64,000 nt of DNA from Parcubacteria group bacterium (GCA_041661275.1 JBAZUU010000003.1:25586-89585), one strand, 5' to 3'. Counted from the stretch's first letter, positions 28,240-37,955 are shown. The notes: generated by a model from the sequence alone, not told the origin. Numbers and translations are program-made.

Positions 28240-28694
28240 GCTATAAATCAAGCCAGTTTTACTTTTTATCTCTTTTGCTCTATATTTAAGGCACTTCACA
28301 AAGAAATCGAAACAAAGTATCCCGAAGGGAAGCGGACAGGAAACTGACCCAGAAGCCATATAAAATACCAGCGAGCATTAGTTCTTTTGTCGCCCTTGGC
28401 GAATAAGTCTCGCAGTATTTCCAATGAGAAGGTTGTCATCTTCTCACCGCACCGACCAAAAAGACGCTGGAAAGAATAATCCGCCGTAGGAGGAAAAATC
28501 TCAGCCTCGGGGTGTATCGAACGGTGCTAACATCCCCTAGACCAAGTAAAGGCCACTGCTTGTTTCGCAGAACAGTTCCATATCCTTACACGGGCAACCG
28601 TAGATGTAGGGTTATAGTTTATTTGTCCCAATTTAGCTTTTTGAGCTATATAGCTTTTTATACAGTTAATCCAATAAAGCCTTTGGCAACAAAA

Positions 28695-29402
28695 ATGCTT
28701 AGGAAAAAGCTATTAAGCAAAAAAGGGGCGATTTTGTCTCTTATTCTACTTTTTGGCATAATCGCAGTTATTTTTCTTTGGAATTATGAATTTAAGCCGG
28801 AAGAGAAACAGCAGATATGCCAACCGCTATTTTTGGAATACACCTTCGGCGATATTGATTCCCGCTTCAATCTGAAAAACGAAGAACTTATCGAAATGCT
28901 GAAAGACAGTGAGAAGATTTGGGAGGAACCGTTGGAATACGACGTTCTTCGCTACAATCCCGAAGCGTATTTTAAGATAAATTTTGTCTTTGACGAAAGA
29001 CAAGAATACGATATGCTCGAACAGGAATATTCCGAGCTTCAATATTCCCTCAATTTCTCGGAAAAAACCAAGAAAGAAACAGCAAAAATCCAAAAAGAAA
29101 TGGCTGTCATAGAAGCCAAGCAAGATTTGCTCTCCGATAAAATTTACAGCTCGGGAGAAAAATACGAGAAAGACGAAGCTTATACCCAGGGAGATTATAC
29201 GGGAAACTCCATCAATATTTATAATTTTGACGATAGGGATGAATTAGTAACGCTTCTCGCTCACGAGTTCGGGCACGCCTTGGAAGTTCCTGACAACCAA
29301 GACCCTGATTCGATTATGTGTGGGATTAACAGCGGACATTTTCGGCAGGCTACCCCAGATGATTTGGAAAAGGCGAAAGATTTTTGTGTAAGTTCAGAAT
29401 AG
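28695..29402 (+). CDS. Zincin-like metallopeptidase (HExxH) with N-terminal signal anchor
   Basis: HEFGHALEV...D..DSIMCG zinc-binding motif. Start at ATG 28695 (MLRKKLLSKKGAILSLILLFGIIAVIF); ORF track extends upstream to 28512. Confidence 0.5.
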   Translation: MLRKKLLSKKGAILSLILLFGIIAVIFLWNYEFKPEEKQQICQPLFLEYTFGDIDSRFNLKNEELIEMLKDSEKIWEEPLEYDVLRYNPEAYFKINFVFDERQEYDMLEQEYSELQYSLNFSEKTKKETAKIQKEMAVIEAKQDLLSDKIYSSGEKYEKDEAYTQGDYTGNSINIYNFDDRDELVTLLAHEFGHALEVPDNQDPDSIMCGINSGHFRQATPDDLEKAKDFCVSSE

Positions 29403-29449
29403 ATTTTTCGACATATAGCTTACAGTATTGAGAAATCTAAAAAAGTAAA

Positions 29450-30727
29450 ATGGACATACTTAGAAAGCCAATAAATTCATTTGGTCATAGCGATATAGTA
29501 TCTTTTTGTCAGGAAAAAAATCCTGAAGGTGTCCAGTTGGATTATAAGAAGGAACTTCCTCAAAGAGGCCTTGCTAAACATTTTGCCGCATTTTCAAATA
29601 CCAGAGGCGGTGTATTGATAATCGGGGTCGAGGAGGATAAAAAATCAGGATTTCCAGTTATGTGGGACGGAATCGAAGGAGATGCAAAAATGATTGAAAA
29701 AATTCACCAGGAAGCAAGTAATGTTGAGCCGATTCCTTCGTATGAAGTGCACGCTACCGATAAAATTGACGGCAGAAATTTTATTATTATTAGAATATTT
29801 GAAGGAGACAAAACTCCTTATTATGTCCAAAATGATTCTAATGTTTGGGTAAGGACTGGAAACATAAGTAATCCTATTGATATTGCCTCTCCAGATGGAT
29901 TGGAGTTGTTGTTTGGAAAAAAGGAAAAAGCTGAAAAGGCTAGAAATAATTTTTTACTGATAGGCAAGGAATTACACGAAGCGGCGATTGAGAAAGAAGA
30001 GAAAAAAATAAGAGAAGGATGGAAAAAAGAAATAGAAAAAGAAGGAGGTACGACTATTTTTAGATATGAAAAAATAATCGGAATTGATGATGCGATATGC
30101 AAAATAACACTACAGCCATATTTTCCAAGTAAATCACTTGTAGCTCCAAAAGAAATTAAAGACAATATTGATTCAATCCGCTTTAGAAATGGCAATTTTA
30201 CATTTCCGCAGTTAAATGTCGAGCCATCACCAAAAGGAATAAGATATTTTTCTTATCAAAGAAGCAGAGAAATACTTGAATCTCAGATAGTTCTTGGACA
30301 AGGACTAATTCAAAATATTTTTACAGTTTCAAGGAAAGGTCAGGATGAAGAACCTAGAATAATAAGCCTCCAAGCAATCGCCACTAGAGTTTTTGGAATA
30401 TTTAGATTTGCCGATAAATTCTACAATAAATACGGCTATCAGGGAGTGCTCATTGGAAGTATAGAAATAAGCGGGGCTGAAGATGCTCTAGCCAGAAGGA
30501 TAGTGCCATCGGGTATGGATTTTTGGGATAATGATAAAATAAAAGATAGCTTGCTGTCCGATTATTTATGGGAAATAAAAATTGATACAAGGATATTAAA
30601 AGAAAAGGATAAACTGAAAAAATATTACGAAGAAGTTCTGGAAGAAATTTATTGGGATTTTGGTTTTGAAGAATTTGGCGAAGGTGTTATTGATAAATTT
30701 TTTAAAGATAGCGGGTTCACATTCTGA
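29450..30727 (+). CDS. AlbA_2/Schlafen-like (divergent AAA, putative DNA-binding) domain protein
   Basis: N-terminus VQLDYKKELPQRGLAKHFAAFSNTRGGVLIIGVEED follows the AlbA_2 (PF04326) pattern E..lE.K......l.k.i.AfaN..GG.l.iGv.d. Confidence 0.5.
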   Translation: MDILRKPINSFGHSDIVSFCQEKNPEGVQLDYKKELPQRGLAKHFAAFSNTRGGVLIIGVEEDKKSGFPVMWDGIEGDAKMIEKIHQEASNVEPIPSYEVHATDKIDGRNFIIIRIFEGDKTPYYVQNDSNVWVRTGNISNPIDIASPDGLELLFGKKEKAEKARNNFLLIGKELHEAAIEKEEKKIREGWKKEIEKEGGTTIFRYEKIIGIDDAICKITLQPYFPSKSLVAPKEIKDNIDSIRFRNGNFTFPQLNVEPSPKGIRYFSYQRSREILESQIVLGQGLIQNIFTVSRKGQDEEPRIISLQAIATRVFGIFRFADKFYNKYGYQGVLIGSIEISGAEDALARRIVPSGMDFWDNDKIKDSLLSDYLWEIKIDTRILKEKDKLKKYYEEVLEEIYWDFGFEEFGEGVIDKFFKDSGFTF

Positions 30728-31006
30728 TGATTTATCAAGGTCAATTTCAGGGGGTAATTTTGGTTCATATTACATTTTTAATACCCACCTCTTCATAGAA
30801 GGGTTTGAAATCTTAATAGAATCTGGAATATCTGATAGCTAAACTCCAGATTATAATTTCCGCGAAAATGTTGACAAAATGCCGAAAGTGTTATACGATA
30901 GCACATCGGTTCTTTTTATTTCTATGCGGGCTATAAATGGCTGAAATCCATTAAAAATATAGGTGACTTCAACATCAGAAAAAAAACCAAAAGGAGGCAA
31001 GTAATT

Positions 31007-31885
31007 ATGAAATCCGTAAAAACAGTAATGATACTGGCGGAAGAAAAAAGGAAGCGTGCAGATGTTCTGGCTCAACAGGCCAAGGACATTTACACCGAAG
31101 TCAGTCAGGATTGGAACAACATTGCCCAACGTATCAGGGATGGAGAAACCTCGGGCGACCCGCTCAAGGATTTTATCGCCACAAGGTATTTCGCATTCGA
31201 CGAAAAAACCGAAGAGCGTTTCCGTGCCCTTCAAGCAAGGTTCAAGAATTTTCAAGGGCAATATGCAATGCTGGTGCGGGTAAGTAAGGAGAGGAGTCAC
31301 GCACATAGCGATAATTTCGTCGAAAAAACGGAGTTGAGCGTCGGTGTCCTCAGCGGAGACTCATTTATCCTTGACCCGCCTCAGGCACTGTTCTGGTTTC
31401 CTACGGGCGGTAAGAATGCCGTTTGCTACGACCGCTTCAATCAAAACCCCGTTTATATGCGTGAGGGCGACCTGACTCTTCCGCTCCTTGAAGATATGGG
31501 GCTCAAAACATCGTCTGAACTGCAAATCCTCATCGGAGACGAAGAAGTTGCTGGCTGGTTTGAGGAACAGCGTGGTGAAAATTATTTCAAGGTTTTTTGT
31601 GGCTTCAATGCAGTTCTGGGCAGGTCAGTGATACATCCCAGGCTCTCGGTCTATCTCAGCAAAAAACGGGACGAGTGGCTTAAGGAACACGACGCCTTGA
31701 AAGCCAAGAAGGTCTGGCTGGAAGCCGAGTGCAAGCGACTCAAGAAGCCAGGCGTAACCGACGGCAGTGTGGTCAAAATGGAAAAAGAAATTCAGGAAAT
31801 TCCCGAAAGGATAAAGGCCATCATCTCTGAGGCTTCTGGCTGGGGCGTCAATGACCTGGACTGGGAAAACGCCACCGCAGCCTAA
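31007..31885 (+). CDS. Hypothetical protein (gene 1 of a GC-rich three-gene cassette)
   Basis: 292-aa ORF. SD aaaaggagg before ATG. Promoter-like ttgaca-N17-tacgat at about 30873-30901. GC markedly higher than flanks. Confidence 0.5.
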   Translation: MKSVKTVMILAEEKRKRADVLAQQAKDIYTEVSQDWNNIAQRIRDGETSGDPLKDFIATRYFAFDEKTEERFRALQARFKNFQGQYAMLVRVSKERSHAHSDNFVEKTELSVGVLSGDSFILDPPQALFWFPTGGKNAVCYDRFNQNPVYMREGDLTLPLLEDMGLKTSSELQILIGDEEVAGWFEEQRGENYFKVFCGFNAVLGRSVIHPRLSVYLSKKRDEWLKEHDALKAKKVWLEAECKRLKKPGVTDGSVVKMEKEIQEIPERIKAIISEASGWGVNDLDWENATAA

Positions 31886-32101
31886 CGCAGTCCATTACAG
31901 CCCGTGTTTTTTGGAGAAGGAACACTACCGTTCCTTCTCCCCATTTCTAAGTTTGGCAGTAAATGGTAAATTTGGATGATGGATTAAATAAAGTTCTTTT
32001 TAGCGATATGACTTCGGGATGAAGTCATATAAAAAATTATTAACTCGATAGTAAGCGGGATGCTTCCTATCATAACCAGCTAAAAGCTGAAGGAGTTTGT
32101 G

Positions 32102-32662
32102 ATGAGCACTATGTCCGAAAAAAGAAGAGATGCGTTTTTTGAGGAATTTCCTTGGCTCAGCAAATATGTAAAGTTGAAACACAGGAAATATATCAGAAGC
32201 ATCAAGGTGTCCAGAGCGGATAAAGACTTACTCGGAAGAACTGCTTTGTCTGAGTTTATCGACAAAGGCGAGGACAGCTACTATATTTTCGAGCAACTCG
32301 TCCTTCTTGATGAAAATGGCGACATCCTAAAGCGAGAACTTCCCTCAGAGGATTTCAGTATCTGGAGACCTTGCACCTGGAGAAGGCATCGTTTCATTGT
32401 TGGCAGAGTAACCGAACCTCATACTGTTGCAGAATGTATTGTTAGTCTCGGTTCTGAATCTGAAAGGATTGCGTTTATCTTTTCTGTTTTCTGTAATAAC
32501 CTTGTAATCTACAAGCCTCCCAAGAAGTTTAATATTCAGACGCTTCTAGAAGAGGTTGAAGAAGATAAGAGACGGGAAGCGGAAGAAGAGAAGAAAAAAG
32601 AAGCAGAAATCTTTGATGCTCAAAAACAATCTATCCGAAAAGAATGGGAATCGCTGGATTAA
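32102..32662 (+). CDS. Hypothetical protein (gene 2 of the GC-rich cassette)
   Basis: SD aaggag then ATG 32102. K/E-rich C-terminus. Confidence 0.45.
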   Translation: MSTMSEKRRDAFFEEFPWLSKYVKLKHRKYIRSIKVSRADKDLLGRTALSEFIDKGEDSYYIFEQLVLLDENGDILKRELPSEDFSIWRPCTWRRHRFIVGRVTEPHTVAECIVSLGSESERIAFIFSVFCNNLVIYKPPKKFNIQTLLEEVEEDKRREAEEEKKKEAEIFDAQKQSIRKEWESLD

Positions 32663-32681
32663 CTAAAAAGGAGAACCTTCT

Positions 32682-33041
32682 ATGGTTGCCGAGACGTGGA
32701 CAGTTTCAACTGAGGACAAGCTCGGGTTTAGGATGTATCCTCTTCGGGACGAGAAACGCCAGTTTCCTGATATGGTGCCTGTGAGCATACACATTGGTAA
32801 GTTTTCCTGTCGTGGATATGTGCCCAGCGAAGAATACGACGGGCATTACGAGTCGCCGTATGCGGAACTCATCGTTAAATATGACAGTTCCGAAAGGATG
32901 CAACCCGACCTGACCAAGTGGAATTTCCAGAAGATGTCCTGCTGGCTGACAAAGGACGCTGTAGCCTATTCGCTCTATATCAAGAAGCAGAAATTGGAGC
33001 GGTTACGAACTTACCTGCGAAATTCCTGCAGGCTTCCGTAA
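32682..33041 (+). CDS. Hypothetical protein (gene 3 of the GC-rich cassette)
   Basis: 119-aa ORF 19 nt after gene 2. SD aaaaggag. Confidence 0.45.
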   Translation: MVAETWTVSTEDKLGFRMYPLRDEKRQFPDMVPVSIHIGKFSCRGYVPSEEYDGHYESPYAELIVKYDSSERMQPDLTKWNFQKMSCWLTKDAVAYSLYIKKQKLERLRTYLRNSCRLP

Positions 33042-33070
33042 CAGCATCTTTCAGACAATCATTGACCAAA

Positions 33071-33110
33071 AGGCGGCACAGAGAACCATATTCTGCACCG
33101 CCTTTTTCTT
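33071..33110 (+). terminator. Rho-independent terminator closing the GC-rich cassette
   Basis: ggcggcacagagaaccatattctgcaccgcc hairpin followed by tttttctttt. Confidence 0.5.
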
Positions 33111-33148
33111 TTGAACGAAAAAAATTAAAAATTTTTATCTAGAAAGTT

Positions 33149-33200
33149 TTTAGAAGTATTTCTGGCTATGTCTCATTTTTATCCCCCCTCCCTCTTGTTA
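33149..33200 (-). pseudogene. 5' gene remnant A (SD GGGAGGGGGG plus ATG, ORF MRHSQKYF*), paralogous to remnant B
   Basis: Minus-strand ATG at 33173-33175 preceded by gggagggggg. About 85% nt identity with 36222-36272. Confidence 0.4.
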
Positions 33201-33225
33201 GGGGTTTGTGTTATAATTTGCTTGT

Positions 33226-34210
33226 GATGCTATCATTAGAAACTAAAACTAAAGAAATAATCGACAGTCTAGTCCGACTAGCTAGGGAAGTAGAAATTTG
33301 CAATGGAATGGGCTTTTTTGATGGCAATAAATGTGCCGAAGATTTTTTTAAGGGCATTTTGAACCGTGTTTATGACTGCAATCTTATCAATCTTAATTTG
33401 GAAAAAAATAATTTTCCAGCAGTTGACTTAGGCGATAAATCCAAGAGATTAGCAATTCAAGTTACAGCGAGCACGGGGAGAGCAAAAATTTCAAATTCTA
33501 TAACGAAATTTGTAAATCATAACCTCTACGAAACTTATAAAAAGCCAATATTCTTAATCATTGGAAAAAAGCCAAAATATTCCAAAAATTTCGATGCCGA
33601 CACGGAGGGAAAATTTATTTTCAACCCTTCTGAAGATATTTTAGATATTACCGATTTAATAAAAATAATTTCTTCTTTACCCGTTGAAAAAATCACAGAC
33701 CTTAATGAGTTTATTATTTCTAATGTTACCGACGTATTATCTATTGACCCGATTAAAATTAACGAGCAGGATATTAAAAATTTAATTCTAGGCATAAGAG
33801 ATGCTATAAATGACGATACCTCGTTTAAACAAAAATATTCCAGTGATATTCCGATGAGATTCCAGGATTATATTGTAGAAAAAAATAAACTAAACGAGAT
33901 AGATAAATTGTTTTTTGAACAGGTGTTCGCTAGAAGTCTCGCGTATAGCGATGATATTAAGAATTTTTTATCCGACCCCATAAACGCAGAGATAAAAGAG
34001 TGGTATTTTACTATTAGTAGTGAACTTCAGAATGAATATATAAAAAATAGAGATAATTTCGATTTGTTGGAATTTATAGACAAGATTTATGATAAGGTCT
34101 GTAGAAAATTTAAGGCGGATTTGTCATATGACAAAAGAAAAATTAAGGTAATGCTTCATTGTATGTATTTTCATTGTGATTTAGGAATAAATCCAGAGGA
34201 AAAAACATAA
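33226..34210 (+). CDS. Putative effector with SMEK-like/restriction-endonuclease-fold N-terminal domain (candidate ABC-3C C-component)
   Basis: Motif NFPAVDLGDKSKRLAIQVTASTG (D...QVT, PD-(D/E)xK-like). ATG 33226 preceded by tataat at 33211. ORF track begins at TTG 33206. Confidence 0.4.
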
Positions 34211-34452
34211 TGATAACACCAAATAAATATACAAATTTAGACTTATCAGTCTTGAATATCGGGGCTGAAATTGTTAAGGTGCTTCAGAAAAGCAGTCTTC
34301 TTAAATATGATGACCTGTTAAATCAGATTCTGCTAAAGAAGGGGAGGGGGGCGAAAGAAATTTTTGTCTATTCTTTAAATTTTTTATTTGTTCTGAATAT
34401 AATTAAATACCATAGTTCTGAGGATATAATCGAATTTTATGAAACTCGTTAA
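34210..34452 (+). CDS. Small protein (80 aa), candidate ABC-3C middle component
   Basis: Start overlaps the upstream stop (TAATG). Its end overlaps the downstream ATPase by 14 nt. Confidence 0.4.
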   Translation: MITPNKYTNLDLSVLNIGAEIVKVLQKSSLLKYDDLLNQILLKKGRGAKEIFVYSLNFLFVLNIIKYHSSEDIIEFYETR

Positions 34453-36199
34453 GATATATTCTAATATTTCCAGTATGAAGCCAGTTATTTTTAATTCTGG
34501 CTTAAATATAATATACGGCGATGTAAGTCAATATGAAGGAGACAGCAATGAGCATAATTTAGGAAAAACTTCGCTTGTCTACCTGATAGATTTTTTGTTA
34601 TTAAAAAAAATAGATAAAAATAATATATTTAGGAAAAGAAGGAGTAATTTCTTAGGCTGGGATTTTTATTTGGAAGTAGAGCTGGATGATAAATCATACC
34701 TTACGATTAAAAGAAATCTGGTTAATGATTCCAGAATATCAATTAAGCTTCATAAGGAAGGAAATCAGGACTTGTCGTCGGAGGTGTTTTGGGACTATAA
34801 AGATAAATCAATAAGTGCGAAAAAAGAAGAGGAAAATGCGGTTAAGATTTTGAAAAATATATTGAAATTCGATGTCTTAAGCGAATATAATTTGAGGCAT
34901 TTTCTTTCCTATCTTCTAAGAACCCAAAATGATTATGCGGATGTTTTTAGATTAAGCACGTTCAAAAAAGACAAAAACTGGAAGCCACCCCTTCTTTCTC
35001 TATTTGGATATAACGGACAACTATTTGAGAAGAAGTATGATTTAGAGCAGGAAATTTCTATCCGTAGAGAATTGATTGCAAAAATGAAGTCGGATAATCT
35101 CATAGAGAAATCAGAGGAAGCTTTCAAATTACAAGCTGCCATTAAGGCTAGGGAGGATGAAAAGAAATCAATAGAAAAAAATCTTGAAATGCTCAATTTT
35201 TTTACCAGGGATGAACAAATGACGGAAAAAATAGTGAAAGAATTTGAGACAAAAATTAGTATCCTAAATTCTGAGGAATATAGCCTAAAATACGAGGTCG
35301 ACAAGATTAATAAATCATTGGAAAATAATGTTTCCGTTAAAGTTTCTGATGTTAAAAAGATATATGAAGAGGTGGAAATATTTTTTCCAGATAAGCTTAC
35401 TAAATCTTATGAGGAATTAGCCAATTTTAATAAGCAAATTTCAGACGAGAGGTCAAAATACCTAAAAAAAGAATTGGACAATCTGAATGATAGGCTGATG
35501 ATTATTAAAAAAGACCTCAAGGAATATAATGATAAGTTATCAGAAGCCTTATCGATAATAAAGGAGAAAGATGCATTTATAAAATTTAGGAAATATCAAA
35601 ATGAGCTTATAAAAATAGAAACAGACATTGCCATATATAAACAAAAAATTGAGAGTATAGACACTATAGAAAATTATAGTAATGCGATTAGCGAGATAAG
35701 AGAAAAATCCAAAGAAATATCCTCAATAATTAAGGGGGATTTGGCGGAAGAAAAAAATCCATTGCAAGAAATACGTGAGATGTACACTGAGATTTTTAGA
35801 AAAACTATGGATGGAACTGCTACTTTCGCAATAACTCCAAATAAATATGGTTATTTTGATTTTGAGCCGTTTGTAATAAGCGGCGGTGATTTAACAGGGC
35901 AGGGAGATGGATACACCGCTACAAAAGTTCAATGTGCCGCGTTTGTTATAGCGGCATTGGCTTACTATTCAAAAAATTCTTTTTATAAATTTGCCTATCA
36001 CGATGGCATTTTTGAGGGCTGGGGAGATAATCCTAAGATAAATTTTATCAATCTAATTAGGGAATATTGTGATAAATATAAAATTCAGTATATCGCAAGT
36101 ATGATAAAAAGTGATATTCCCAAAAACTTTGATTTTGAAAAAGAAGAAATAATAATTACTTTAGACAAAAACCAGCCATTATTTGGTATCAAATTTTGA
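34439..36199 (+). CDS. SMC/ABC-type ATPase with long coiled-coil insert (candidate ABC-3C ATPase)
   Basis: N-terminal head KLVKIYSNISSMKPVIFNSGLNIIYGDV...NLGKTSLVYL (RecF/SMC-like Walker A). Roughly 230-aa heptad-rich coiled coil. C-terminal head with FAYHDGIFEGWGD (Walker B/D-loop-like). Confidence 0.5.
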   Translation: MKLVKIYSNISSMKPVIFNSGLNIIYGDVSQYEGDSNEHNLGKTSLVYLIDFLLLKKIDKNNIFRKRRSNFLGWDFYLEVELDDKSYLTIKRNLVNDSRISIKLHKEGNQDLSSEVFWDYKDKSISAKKEEENAVKILKNILKFDVLSEYNLRHFLSYLLRTQNDYADVFRLSTFKKDKNWKPPLLSLFGYNGQLFEKKYDLEQEISIRRELIAKMKSDNLIEKSEEAFKLQAAIKAREDEKKSIEKNLEMLNFFTRDEQMTEKIVKEFETKISILNSEEYSLKYEVDKINKSLENNVSVKVSDVKKIYEEVEIFFPDKLTKSYEELANFNKQISDERSKYLKKELDNLNDRLMIIKKDLKEYNDKLSEALSIIKEKDAFIKFRKYQNELIKIETDIAIYKQKIESIDTIENYSNAISEIREKSKEISSIIKGDLAEEKNPLQEIREMYTEIFRKTMDGTATFAITPNKYGYFDFEPFVISGGDLTGQGDGYTATKVQCAAFVIAALAYYSKNSFYKFAYHDGIFEGWGDNPKINFINLIREYCDKYKIQYIASMIKSDIPKNFDFEKEEIIITLDKNQPLFGIKF

Positions 36200-36203
36200 T
36201 TTT

Positions 36204-36272
36204 TTAAATAAGAGGTTTCAGGAAGGATTTCTGGCTAAGCCTCATATTTTAGACCCCCTCCCCCCATTCGGC
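36204..36272 (-). pseudogene. 5' gene remnant B (SD GGGGGGAGGGGG plus ATG, ORF MRLSQKSFLKPLI*), paralogous to remnant A
   Basis: Minus-strand ATG at 36243-36245. Peptide MRLSQKSF vs MRHSQKYF in A. Confidence 0.4.
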
Positions 36273-36325
36273 GGGTTTGGAGTCAGCTTTTTATAAAAAA
36301 TATAATAGTGGGTAGGGGATAGCGA

Positions 36326-36517
36326 TTACTGATGATTTTTTCTTAGGTCAGGTATGTAAATATACTCTTTTTTGTTCTCAAAGATAGTTATGACTTCCTC
36401 TACAACTGCGTGCCAGTCAAAACAAGGCTTATTTAGGCCTTGTTTTTGTATGGGGGTGGTAGGATGTTCGAACTGGCCGGCAAGCCGTTGACTTATGGCT
36501 GATTTTATGCAAGTATA
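36326..36517 (-). pseudogene. 3' gene remnant C1 (63 codons, no start; ends ...WHAVVEEVITIFENKKEYIYIPDLRKNHQ*)
   Basis: Codon-by-codon minus-strand translation from stop at 36326-36328 up to the in-frame stop at 36518-36520. Paralogous to 37980-38087. Confidence 0.45.
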
Positions 36518-36606
36518 TTAAGTCATAGCTCTTTTACAGGCAAAAAGCAGGCTACAGGCAGTAGCCAGAATTGCACCGGCTGATTATCAGAAAAAGGAGA
36601 ATAGGC

Positions 36607-37221
36607 ATGCAGGCGAGAATTAAAGGCTTTGTAGTAGGAGCCGACAGACCCTTTGAGGGTGGCGTCAGAGGCAAAAAGGTTTGGAAAGTCCGAGTCAAGG
36701 ATGAAAGTCACGAAGACAACGGCAAAAAGTTTGAGGTTGCCGAAGGCCATTGGAAGAGATTTTTTTCCAAAGGGCTTGATGTGACATTTGAACTCGGAAA
36801 TTTCCAGGAAGGCGGACAGGCAGTTCGCAAAGCTATCAATGTCAAGTTGTTAGACAACAAAACGGAAGCAAAGGAGCTTCCAATGGAAAAAGCGAAAATT
36901 GTCCAAGACCCTGACACTCTGTACGTGCTTATCACGGAATGTCGCGGCGAACTCAGCGTCTACTTCACTGGCTTTGAGACCGAGGAAGAAGCGGTTGCAT
37001 TTTTTATCAAGGAAACTGGCGAGAATGAAGCGGATTCGGAAAAGGTTGTTTGTTTTATTCCCTTCAATATCTATGATTGGACAGAAGACGCTCTTGATCC
37101 TGATATTGTAAATGGATTCGCGGTCGTTCGTTCTCTCGTAGGTATTACTTCCGCTCAGGAAGCCTTGGAAAAAATGATGACTGTTATTCTCAGGTCTTTT
37201 GCTACCAGAAAGGAAGAATAA
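36607..37221 (+). CDS. Hypothetical protein (gene 1 of a two-gene cassette)
   Basis: SD aaaaaggagaatagg then ATG 36607 (MQARIKGF...). ORF track starts at 36571. Confidence 0.45.
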   Translation: MQARIKGFVVGADRPFEGGVRGKKVWKVRVKDESHEDNGKKFEVAEGHWKRFFSKGLDVTFELGNFQEGGQAVRKAINVKLLDNKTEAKELPMEKAKIVQDPDTLYVLITECRGELSVYFTGFETEEEAVAFFIKETGENEADSEKVVCFIPFNIYDWTEDALDPDIVNGFAVVRSLVGITSAQEALEKMMTVILRSFATRKEE

Positions 37222-37222
37222 C

Positions 37223-37891
37223 ATGCGTATTCTGGTCATTGACGATACTCAGGGACATCTCGATGCGGCTCGACAAACTCTTTCAGGGCACGACCTTACT
37301 CTTTGCTCTTCTCATGACGAAGCTGTTAAGCTTCTCCTTTGGAAATACGATGATAATGAGAAGAGTCAAAGAATCAAGCAATATGAATCAGAAGGTCTGA
37401 AGTGGACTGATGCCTACGAAAAGGCGGAACAGGAAACAAGATTGCCCTATTGGGAGGTCGTTCTTTGTGACCTGCTCATGCCTGCTGGTAGCAGAGAACA
37501 GGGTTCGGGTCGTCATTTAGTTGGTCAAGAAATGGCTGTTGGTTGGTCACTCGCTTTGCAGGCAGTAAAAAACGGTGCCAACTATGTAGCCGTGATTACT
37601 GAATTAAATCATCACCAACATCCTGCTAGTGCCATGATTGATAAAATCAATGGGCACATTTTCACCATTGACAATGCTAAAATGCTCATGACCAATTACG
37701 TCGAAACCGTTGGTATTAAGGGTACCGAGGGTAAATGTATTGAATGCGGTGGTACTGGCAAGCACAGAAAGTGGGGATATGAAGATAATTGCCACTTCTG
37801 CAAAAACGGCATCGACTTTTTGGTAAAGGGCAAGGATTGGGGTAAGATTCTCAACCTGCTTCTCACAGGAAAAAGCATCGATGACGAATAA
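37223..37891 (+). CDS. REC (CheY-like receiver)-like domain protein with C-terminal zinc ribbon
   Basis: MRILVIDD start and VVLCDLLMP (phospho-acceptor-like D). C-terminus CIECGGTGKHRKWGYEDNCHFCKNG. Confidence 0.4.
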   Translation: MRILVIDDTQGHLDAARQTLSGHDLTLCSSHDEAVKLLLWKYDDNEKSQRIKQYESEGLKWTDAYEKAEQETRLPYWEVVLCDLLMPAGSREQGSGRHLVGQEMAVGWSLALQAVKNGANYVAVITELNHHQHPASAMIDKINGHIFTIDNAKMLMTNYVETVGIKGTEGKCIECGGTGKHRKWGYEDNCHFCKNGIDFLVKGKDWGKILNLLLTGKSIDDE

Positions 37892-37892
37892 T

Positions 37893-37955
37893 AGTGTGGA
37901 CTGAGCAGACCTACTGCTCCTGCCAAGGCGAACGCTTTGGCAGTTTTTTATTTAT
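37893..37955 (+). terminator. Tandem hairpins plus T-run after the two-gene cassette
   Basis: ctgccaaggcgaacgctttggcag followed by ttttttatt. Confidence 0.45.

Noticed and set aside
28536-28575. Cobalamin riboswitch at GGTGCTAACATCC...GCCACTG
   Set aside because: Only two short core-like segments match. Other conserved elements are absent and the downstream gene is a peptidase.
33206-33225. TTG start at 33206 for the SMEK-like gene (ORF track)
   Set aside because: It would place the -10 box inside the coding region. ATG at 33226 downstream of tataat is more plausible.
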